From: a virus
Length of the DNA stretch: 64,000 nucleotides
Strand: one strand, 5' to 3'
Virus record (IMG/VR): IMGVR_UViG_3300022745_000001
Span: 1 to 64,000 of that record
The notes beneath the pieces were generated by a model that saw only the letters and a list, made by a program, of their open reading frames with translations, was not told the origin of the DNA and made no database searches. The first letter of the stretch is position 1. Each line of letters opens with the position of its first letter. The translations under genes and the position numbers were made by a program. This document shows, one piece after another, positions 56,913 to 64,000 of this stretch.

Positions 56913-59885
56913 ATGGCTTTGGATTTTCTGTCGGCGGTACTGCCGACTACAGGGAAGTATTGCGTATTCACACTGCGCAACGGCAAGCCCTTCAAGCAGG
57001 TATTTGTAGACGACATTGACAATCTGTACGCAACGGCGCTCAACTTCAGCTCCCAGCGTCTCAACGTATTCCACGCGCTCGCTACCTTTGACGATAGCGG
57101 CACCAGAGAAGCCACCAGCGCCCGCTACATGCGGGCGTTGTTTCTCGATCTGGACTGCGGCAAGGAGTGGGTCGAAGAAAAGATGGTCAATGACACGCTC
57201 GTACCAGCACACTGGAAGGAGAAGTCGTTTGCCAGCAAGCGGGCGGCTGTGGAGCAGTTGCACGCGTTCCTGCAAAAGACCGACCTCAATGCGCTAGGAA
57301 TGCCGTGGCTGGTTGACTCCGGCGGAGGCGTGCATGTGTACTTCCCCCTGCGCGAAGACGTGCCTATCGAGGCATGGCGGCCCGTGGCGGTGGCACTGAA
57401 GCGTGCCGCCAAGGCATTCGGCTTTCCGATTGATGAGAAGGTCACGTCCGATGCCGCGCGTGTGCTGCGCACGCCGGGCACCAGCAACTGGAAGTATGGC
57501 GACCCCAAGGAGGTTGTGCTGCGCCAGCGTGGGGATGTGTTTGATCTGGAGGCCATCGCTGCCTGCCTGCGCGAGCACAATGCCCCGGTGCCCAAACAGA
57601 CGAGCACAGCAGTCATGATTCCCGGCAAGCGGCCCAGCACCGAGATGTCGCCAGTCGCAAAAGCGATGGCAGGCAACAACGTCACGTACTTCAAGAACAT
57701 CATGGTGCGCACCTCGCAGGGCACCGGCTGCAAGCAGTTGTCAGCCTACATCGACCGGGCCAGTGATGACGGCATGGAGCCGTTCTGGCGTGCATGGTTG
57801 TCCATAGCAAAGTATTGCGAAGATTCAGCCAAGGCATCCAAGATACTGAGCGACTTGCACCCGTACGACTACGACCGGATGAACACCAAGCTCAACGCCA
57901 TCAAGGGGCCATACTCCTGCTTGGCGATTGAGTCAGAGAACGAAGGTGGCTGCGATGGCTGCCCACACAAGGGCAAGATTACAAACCCACTGGCGCTGGG
58001 GCGTGTGGTCAAGACGGTGGAAGAAGAGACAGTCGTCCAGTATGCGCCCCAGACTGACAATGAGTTGCCAGAACCCCAACAGAGCTACATCCGTCCGAAG
58101 CCGCCGCGCGGCTTTTCTTTCGGACAAAACGGCGGCCTCTATTACGAGAAACAGTCGGACAAACCCAACGAACCCCCCACGCTTATCATGCTCACGAACT
58201 ACGACTTCTTTATGACGCGTATGTTCAGTGACGGCCCGCAGTACACAGCAGAGTTTGTTGCTGTGAAGAATAACGTCTTCTACTCCTTTGGCGTGCCGAC
58301 AGACACGATGGGCGCATCCAAGGAAATCACCAAAGTGCTCGCCAAGAACAACGTGGTCGCTGTTGGCGGGGCTGGTTGCGATTCGTATCTGGCGGCGTAT
58401 GTCCGCGCCTGCGTGTCGGAAGCTAGTAGCACCGGCAAGCACGTCAATGTGCCGCCGCATCTGGGCTGGCAGTATGACGACTCCTTCGCCGTGGGCGACA
58501 CGGTGTATAGCCCCAAGGGAGAAGCGCACGACTACACCTACAAGTCCGAGCGCCTTGAAAACGTGATCGACGCCACGCTGCCGCGCGGCACCTTCGAGAA
58601 CTGGCGGCGTGTGTTTGAGATGATGATCAAGAAGGCGTCCACCACGCCGCTGATGTGGGGCCATGTGTCGGCGGGCCTGATCGGTTTCGCATCGCCCCTG
58701 ATGCGCTTCGCACCGGACGGTGCAGACGCCATCACCTTCCACCTGTGCGGCAAGGAGTCGGGCGCTGGCAAGACGCTGGCATCGTTCATGGCGAACTCAG
58801 TGTGGGGCCACCCCAAGGGCATGATGGTAGGCAACAAGACCTCCGAGACAACCATGATGCAGCGGGCCGGTATGCTGCACAGCCTGCACATGCACGTCGA
58901 TGAAGTGACCGACAAGAACCGCAAGTCCAAGGGCGAGTGGCTGCCCAATTTCGTGTACGACTTCGGCCACGGGGCGCACAAGGTCAAGGGGTCGAACTCA
59001 GGCAACGCCGAGATCACGCAGAACTGCACATGGAAGTCCTTCAGCATGATCTCCTCCAACGACCCGCAGTTGGAAGCCATGATGGGGGCGCGGGAGCACA
59101 CATCACTGGGCGAAGCCCGCCGGGTCATCGAGTGGAAGCTGCCAGCGAACTGGAAGATCAAGTGGACACCCGAGGAAAGCGAAACAATCAAGCTGATCAA
59201 CGACAACTACGGCATTGCCGGGCGCAAGTGGATTCGTTGGTTGCAGAAGAATATGGACACCGCAGAAGAGGTGTTCCGCTGGGTCGAGAAGAACTGGCGT
59301 GAAGAAACTAAGGCGGATGACAACGAGCGCTTCTGGATATACGGCATCGTGTCCATCATCACTGCAGCCATCCTGCTCGGCCCCAAATACGCGAACATCC
59401 TGAACGTGCCGGTCAAGCCGATCTTCAACTTCCTGCACGGTCTGGTCAAGGATATGCGCTCCGTGATCAAGTCCAATATGTCTGACGCGCTGGATGTGCT
59501 GAACGCCTACACCCGTGAGTTCGTCGGCAACTTCGTGATGATCGACTGCAGCGCCGCCCAGAAGTTCAACCTGTCGCACCTTGTCCAGCCAGCTACCCGC
59601 ACCAAGTCAGCCGTGCGCGGGCGTATCGAGTACGAGATCGCACCGGGCTACAGCGACTACTACATCGAGATCAAGCTGCTCAAAATCCACTGCGCCGCCA
59701 TTGGCTACAGCTATTTGGACTTCGAGCGCGAGCTGGGCAATATCCCCGGCGTGTCGGTCGGGCCGCCCGTGCGCAAGGACTTGCTGGCGCATACCGGTGG
59801 GCCTGCGATGCGCGTGCTGTGCCTGAAGATCACTATGGAGACGAAGCACGTTGAACCGCCTGACGTTGCCGTGGCACCGGTGTAA
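56913..59885 (+). CDS. bifunctional primase-polymerase (AEP) / D5-type SF3 helicase
   Basis: 990 aa. AEP motifs FLDLDCG, SGGGVHVYF and RVLRTPGTSN. Walker A GKESGAGKT and Walker B HMHVDEV. Confidence 0.85.
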   Translation: MALDFLSAVLPTTGKYCVFTLRNGKPFKQVFVDDIDNLYATALNFSSQRLNVFHALATFDDSGTREATSARYMRALFLDLDCGKEWVEEKMVNDTLVPAHWKEKSFASKRAAVEQLHAFLQKTDLNALGMPWLVDSGGGVHVYFPLREDVPIEAWRPVAVALKRAAKAFGFPIDEKVTSDAARVLRTPGTSNWKYGDPKEVVLRQRGDVFDLEAIAACLREHNAPVPKQTSTAVMIPGKRPSTEMSPVAKAMAGNNVTYFKNIMVRTSQGTGCKQLSAYIDRASDDGMEPFWRAWLSIAKYCEDSAKASKILSDLHPYDYDRMNTKLNAIKGPYSCLAIESENEGGCDGCPHKGKITNPLALGRVVKTVEEETVVQYAPQTDNELPEPQQSYIRPKPPRGFSFGQNGGLYYEKQSDKPNEPPTLIMLTNYDFFMTRMFSDGPQYTAEFVAVKNNVFYSFGVPTDTMGASKEITKVLAKNNVVAVGGAGCDSYLAAYVRACVSEASSTGKHVNVPPHLGWQYDDSFAVGDTVYSPKGEAHDYTYKSERLENVIDATLPRGTFENWRRVFEMMIKKASTTPLMWGHVSAGLIGFASPLMRFAPDGADAITFHLCGKESGAGKTLASFMANSVWGHPKGMMVGNKTSETTMMQRAGMLHSLHMHVDEVTDKNRKSKGEWLPNFVYDFGHGAHKVKGSNSGNAEITQNCTWKSFSMISSNDPQLEAMMGAREHTSLGEARRVIEWKLPANWKIKWTPEESETIKLINDNYGIAGRKWIRWLQKNMDTAEEVFRWVEKNWREETKADDNERFWIYGIVSIITAAILLGPKYANILNVPVKPIFNFLHGLVKDMRSVIKSNMSDALDVLNAYTREFVGNFVMIDCSAAQKFNLSHLVQPATRTKSAVRGRIEYEIAPGYSDYYIEIKLLKIHCAAIGYSYLDFERELGNIPGVSVGPPVRKDLLAHTGGPAMRVLCLKITMETKHVEPPDVAVAPV

Positions 59886-59918
59886 GCCGGGCGAGTCGTT
59901 CTTCGTGGCGTCCCTGCA

Positions 59919-59939
59919 GCCGTGGCTACTTGCCACGGC
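59919..59939. terminator. hairpin in the convergent gap (possible terminator)
   Basis: GCCGTGGC-tactt-GCCACGGC, with no U-tract. A second hairpin CGCCCCCA-N12-TGGGGGCG lies at 59976-60003. Confidence 0.3.
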
Positions 59940-60028
59940 GGGCATCAAGCAGGGCAAGAAGGTGTTGGGCAGTGCCGCCCCCATCCGTGCAAGGGTGGGG
60001 GCGTACAACGGTATGCTGGGCGTGCTGT

Positions 60029-63000
60029 TTACTGTAAAGCCGCCCCGACATTCTGAACCGCCGCCCGATACTGCTTCGCAATAGTTTGCTTGGCTTCGCG
60101 CAGCCGATCCAGTTTTTCCTGCTTGTCGGCACCTGACATATCAGGGGAGTTTGTGACGGCCTGTTCCGCCTTGGCAAGATTACGCAGGGCAGTCTGGAAC
60201 TTCTGCATAGCCGGTGCAAGCGCGATGTCCTTCTTGTGCTGCTCAAAGTACGCCAGAGCTTCAGCCGAGCGACCGTCTTTCAGCTTCTTCGTGTAGGTGT
60301 CCTTGGCTTCAATAGAAGCGTTGGCCTGCTCATAGACGTGCGACACGTCATCATTCGTCCGGTTACCTTGGAAGAAGCGCCCAATCAACGGTGTATCAGA
60401 GGCGTGGCCGGTGGGCTTCTCGCCCTTGCTGGCGTCCGCAAACGCTTGGTTAGTCATCGTGGCAACAGCTTGTGGGAACTGGCCTAGATAGGCGTTGGAC
60501 AGGTACTCGATCTGCATCGGGGACAACTTCACACCCATGTCAACGAGGTGCTTGGACATCGCCTTGGCGGCCTCCGTGGTGCGTTGGTTGTAGCGTTCCT
60601 CCGGTGACAGGTGTTCCATGCCCTTTGGCTCGATAGGCATACCGGTGCCGCTGTTGTAGTTGCGGCTGACATCGTATGTGCCTTTGAACAACTGGGGCAT
60701 GATGCTGCCGTTGCCCGGCAACTGGTTGGCAAACAACTCACGTACAGTTTTCCAGTCTTCCGGCGAGAAGTCGTTGCGCATGGACTCCACAATAGCCACC
60801 GGCAGCGAATAGAACGCCATGCCTGTTTCAAACGGAGCGGGAAAGCGCAGCGGCTCGTCCGTGGGGCTGAGCCATTTGGGGAAATGGATGTAGTTCACCT
60901 TGTCGCGCAGCGACATCTTTTGCCAATCAGGGTCGTCTTCCATCATCATGGCATAGGTGAACGCCATGCCAGCCAACCCCATAGCGCGTGCGTAGAATTT
61001 GTTCTTGGAGTCCAGCAACTCGCTGGTGCCCATCTTGCCTTGGGCAGACTTCGCCATGACGTTCAAGCCCTGAATCTGGGCGTTGAAGAACGGGATCATG
61101 CGGGTGATCATCTGCATCGTGCTGGACGAACCGCGCTTGGTAAAGTTCTGCATTTCGCGGGCACCCAGCGCAGCCTCGACTTCGGAGCCGCCGGAGTTGA
61201 GCACATCGCGGTAGTGCTGCTCGCGCGTGGCAGCGTCAGCGGTCATGGCGGCGTGATCCAGTCCGGCCATAAAGCGTGAGAACGCGCCTTGATTCTTACC
61301 GGCGATTTGCATGTACACCTTTTTCATGTCCTCCGGTGTACCGTTGAACACTTGGCTGTGCAGCACACCCATCTTTGCCAGCGCCTGCGCATCCGCGCTC
61401 TTGCCAGTCAGATTACCGGTGAAGTTGCCAATCGTCTTGATGGCGGCTGCCACAGGGTTGGCCTTCAGGTTGCCTAGCATCGCCGCGTTGAATGGGTCTT
61501 TGATGGCCTGCGAAACGAGGTACGTTGGCATACGGGTCACACCCGAGCGCAGGATGTCGCTGGCCCAACCAGCCACCTTCAGGAATGACGGTAGCGTGGC
61601 GTAGGAACCGGCAACGCTTTGTGCCAACAGCTCGGTTGGGATGTATTCGGCAGCGGTGCCCTTGGTGTCGATCACAATGTGCCGCCAGCCATCGTCGTCC
61701 GAACCGTTGCGTTTTGCAAGCAGCGCGTCAAGTTCCGCTTTTGTGCGCTCCAGTTCTTTTACTTGCGCCGCACTGCCCCCGTTGTCCAACGCCTTCTCTG
61801 CGGCCTCGCGTTGTTCCATTTTTTCGGCAATGGCCTTATTCAGCTCTTGCAGTTTTTCGCCCGTAGGGCGCATCGGGGCTTGGCGGAAGCGCATCACGTC
61901 CTGCCCGGCACCACCCTTGCCGCGTTGAATCTGCATGACACCGGCCTTGGAGCCAAGGTCTTGCAGCGCGTAGGCGATCCGCTTGCTGGACAGGTTGCGC
62001 ATGGCAAGGCCGGTCAGCACGCCAGCGTTCTTGAATGCGGCGTCTTCAAACGGCATGAGCTTCTGGTCGCCGCCAACAAGCGAGTGCAGGAACGGTTGGC
62101 TGCGAATGTCGCCAAGCGAGATTGGGTGGCCGTCAGGCATCAGGACTTCAATCGAGTCGCCATTGACGCGGTAGAACGGCACGTACTCCTTGTCGGCAAG
62201 CATGGCGTTTGCCACAGCTTCTGGCAGCGCGTGGGTGTCCTTGGCGAACTGCACCAGCCCGCGATTGAACTCGTTGTACGTGTCCTTGGCCTTGTCGAAC
62301 GCAACCTTCATCTTGGGGTCAGCGTTGATGGCCGCGAGTGCCGCGCGACCGTCTTTCTCGGCCTGCACCGGGTCTTTGAAGTTCAGCTTGTCCCAGCCTA
62401 CCTTCATGCCGCGCAACGCCATCATACCGCCGTAGAACGTGTTGGTCTTGGCGCGGGCGTCACCGCCGGGGATAGCGCTGATGGCCTTGGTCACGTCAAC
62501 AAACGAAGCGGAATGGCCGGAGGTTACCTGATCGTAGTTTTTCGAGTCCTTGGTAATCTTGAACCCACCGTTGGACAGTACAGCCCGCACCATACTGGTC
62601 AGATCGTCGGTGTTGGACAGGTCGTAGAGCGCCTGCGTGCCCAGCTTTTTGTCGCCCAGCATAAGCGCCCGGCGCAGTGAGGCACGCATATCCACTACAG
62701 CCTGCTCGACCGCAAGCCCCAGATGGGACTTGGATGCGTTCAGTTTCGCCAGCTTACCGCGCTCATCGGTATATTGGCGACCGAAGGCTTCGGCAGCGTT
62801 TTGGGCAGGTTTGCTACGCAGCAGCGTGGCGTCTACCCCACCGCCTCCGCCACCGCCCGGCCCGCGCTCAATGAAGCGGCGTGCATTTGCCACGATCTGG
62901 CGCACTTCTCCATCGCTGACGTTCTTCACACCAAACGCCTTGTAGATGGCGGCTTTGACAGCGTAGTAGAAACGCTTCACGGCGCTGTACTCGGGGTGCT

Positions 63001-64000
63001 CTTCTGCCATGTCGGCCAGCACTTCTTCAACAGCCTGTTCGCGGGAGATCGTCGGGTCTTTCTCCATCTGCTGCTTTGTCTTTTCAGCAACATCCTTGTT
63101 GCCTGCTTCCAAGCGTTGCATGGTTTCGGCATACTTGTCGCCAAGGAGTCCTTGTAAGCCACGGTGCCCGGCGATCTCGTGCAGGATGGTGACGTGCGCA
63201 TCGTGTGCGTCACGGATGTCGTCGGCAATCAGGAACACCTTTCCAGTCTTGCTGTCGTACAGGCCCGGCACACGGCGACCTTCGCCACCTTCTTTGTGCA
63301 AGCGGATGCGGCCCTGCATACGCAGCGGTAGCTCCGACTCATTCTGGACAACGACAACATCCGGGGTGTTCTTCCAGCCCTTTGTTGTCGCATCAACTAC
63401 CCGCTGCACAACACCTTTGTCCATACCAGCCGGGCCTTTGGCTTCGGAGCGGAACAAAACGGACTCGTGTTCACCTTCCCAGCCGCCAAAACCAAGATCG
63501 CCAATATCGCCGTCATCTGCAAAGATGTCGTCTGCATACACGTTCTCTACGGCCCGCGCTTTACGTGCAGATTCCAGACCCTTGCGGGACTTTTTCAGTT
63601 TATCTGTAGCAGCTTTCTCTGCCTTGGCTTTAGCCTCTGCTTCAGCTTTGTTGCGTGCCGCCACTTCGGCGGATACCTTGTTGCCTTCGGTAACGGCCTC
63701 TTTTGGTGTGGCCCAGCGCGTGCGGGTGGGTTCTTGGACAGGGTTTTTGGTGCCCGTCTTATTTTCTCCCTTCTTGCTTTCTTCTGTGCCCGTTCGTTGC
63801 TCACCAGCGACCACTTCTTTGCGTGTCACCGGCCCGAGCTTGCGTGGGGGCAGCTTTTGGTTTGCAAGCATGGTCATCTCGACGCGCTCTTGCAAAAGGT
63901 TCTTGCGATCCTTGCCCTTGGCTGTTTTGAGTTCTTCCTCGATAACGGCCAAGCGATCACGCGCGTCCGCCGTATTAACGGCTTCGTATTCCTGCGCCTC
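60029..64000 (-). CDS. giant polyvalent virion protein, C-terminal 1323+ codons, with a zincin HExxH domain (gene continues past the right edge)
   Basis: The track ORF starts at a TTG at 63952, but the frame stays open to 64000 (...EAQEYEAVNTADARDRLAVIEEE). HEIAGH at 63164-63181, a poly-Gly linker, and a long helical C-terminal region. Confidence 0.8.
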   Translation of the reverse strand, partial: EAQEYEAVNTADARDRLAVIEEELKTAKGKDRKNLLQERVEMTMLANQKLPPRKLGPVTRKEVVAGEQRTGTEESKKGENKTGTKNPVQEPTRTRWATPKEAVTEGNKVSAEVAARNKAEAEAKAKAEKAATDKLKKSRKGLESARKARAVENVYADDIFADDGDIGDLGFGGWEGEHESVLFRSEAKGPAGMDKGVVQRVVDATTKGWKNTPDVVVVQNESELPLRMQGRIRLHKEGGEGRRVPGLYDSKTGKVFLIADDIRDAHDAHVTILHEIAGHRGLQGLLGDKYAETMQRLEAGNKDVAEKTKQQMEKDPTISREQAVEEVLADMAEEHPEYSAVKRFYYAVKAAIYKAFGVKNVSDGEVRQIVANARRFIERGPGGGGGGGVDATLLRSKPAQNAAEAFGRQYTDERGKLAKLNASKSHLGLAVEQAVVDMRASLRRALMLGDKKLGTQALYDLSNTDDLTSMVRAVLSNGGFKITKDSKNYDQVTSGHSASFVDVTKAISAIPGGDARAKTNTFYGGMMALRGMKVGWDKLNFKDPVQAEKDGRAALAAINADPKMKVAFDKAKDTYNEFNRGLVQFAKDTHALPEAVANAMLADKEYVPFYRVNGDSIEVLMPDGHPISLGDIRSQPFLHSLVGGDQKLMPFEDAAFKNAGVLTGLAMRNLSSKRIAYALQDLGSKAGVMQIQRGKGGAGQDVMRFRQAPMRPTGEKLQELNKAIAEKMEQREAAEKALDNGGSAAQVKELERTKAELDALLAKRNGSDDDGWRHIVIDTKGTAAEYIPTELLAQSVAGSYATLPSFLKVAGWASDILRSGVTRMPTYLVSQAIKDPFNAAMLGNLKANPVAAAIKTIGNFTGNLTGKSADAQALAKMGVLHSQVFNGTPEDMKKVYMQIAGKNQGAFSRFMAGLDHAAMTADAATREQHYRDVLNSGGSEVEAALGAREMQNFTKRGSSSTMQMITRMIPFFNAQIQGLNVMAKSAQGKMGTSELLDSKNKFYARAMGLAGMAFTYAMMMEDDPDWQKMSLRDKVNYIHFPKWLSPTDEPLRFPAPFETGMAFYSLPVAIVESMRNDFSPEDWKTVRELFANQLPGNGSIMPQLFKGTYDVSRNYNSGTGMPIEPKGMEHLSPEERYNQRTTEAAKAMSKHLVDMGVKLSPMQIEYLSNAYLGQFPQAVATMTNQAFADASKGEKPTGHASDTPLIGRFFQGNRTNDDVSHVYEQANASIEAKDTYTKKLKDGRSAEALAYFEQHKKDIALAPAMQKFQTALRNLAKAEQAVTNSPDMSGADKQEKLDRLREAKQTIAKQYRAAVQNVGAALQ

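Noticed and set aside
59851-60084. 77-aa ORF (TTG start) spanning the convergent gap
   Set aside because: It overlaps the 3' ends of both the primase gene and the giant gene, has a non-ATG start without an RBS, and contains the two gap hairpins. More likely non-coding.
60029-64000. Calling the giant protein an N4-type virion RNA polymerase
   Set aside because: I saw no T7-like polymerase motifs in the 1323 visible codons. The late gene order differs from N4. The N-terminal part lies outside the window. The idea is kept only as one hypothesis for the hairpins.
1-64000. Lysogeny module or prophage boundaries (integrase, CI/Cro switch, att sites)
   Set aside because: No integrase- or recombinase-like ORF or repressor/antirepressor pair was recognised. 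The HTH proteins are embedded in lytic-type operons. The window is phage DNA from edge to edge.

Overview
The window holds most of a GC-rich tailed dsDNA phage genome. It looks podovirus-like and lytic: by eye I saw no tape-measure gene, integrase, repressor switch, tRNA, rRNA or CRISPR array. It has four blocks.

1. **1-29378, minus strand: late/virion module, read right to left.** TerS-like, TerL, portal, GroES-like, scaffold, capsid (followed by terminators), a GIY-YIG homing endonuclease, many small virion proteins, a 10-repeat protein, adaptor-type proteins, three tail-fibre paralogs with S74 chaperone ends, an embedded lysis cassette, tail hub proteins and Gly-rich ejection-type proteins. 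The last gene runs off the left edge.
2. **29379-29805: divergent control region.** A terminator, a sigma70-like early promoter and a G-quadruplex motif.
3. **29806-59885, plus strand: early and DNA-metabolism module.** Small early genes, an acidic Cys-rich repeat protein, an M28-like peptidase, an AAA+/VWA/DUF3150-like cluster, exonuclease, VRR-NUC, family-A DNA polymerase, Cas4-like nuclease, SNF2 helicase, SSB-like protein and primase-helicase. Many genes are translationally coupled through ATGA overlaps.
4. **60029 to beyond 64000, minus strand: 3' part of a giant polyvalent virion protein.** It carries an HExxH motif and is open at the right edge.

Most notable observations:
- A sequence-conserved family of 8-3-8 hairpin palindromes (TAGGGACA-NNN-TGTCCCTA) sits between the early genes.
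- Two paralogous HNH homing-endonuclease cassettes each sit just inside the 5' end of an essential gene (AAA ATPase, DNA polymerase). Each leaves a wobble-recoded duplicate of the first 10-12 codons upstream.
- A shared NTGACATG start context occurs at 12 plus-strand starts.
- A recurring KGG peptide motif occurs in small late proteins.

All functional calls rest on my reading of the translated ORFs. No database search was run.
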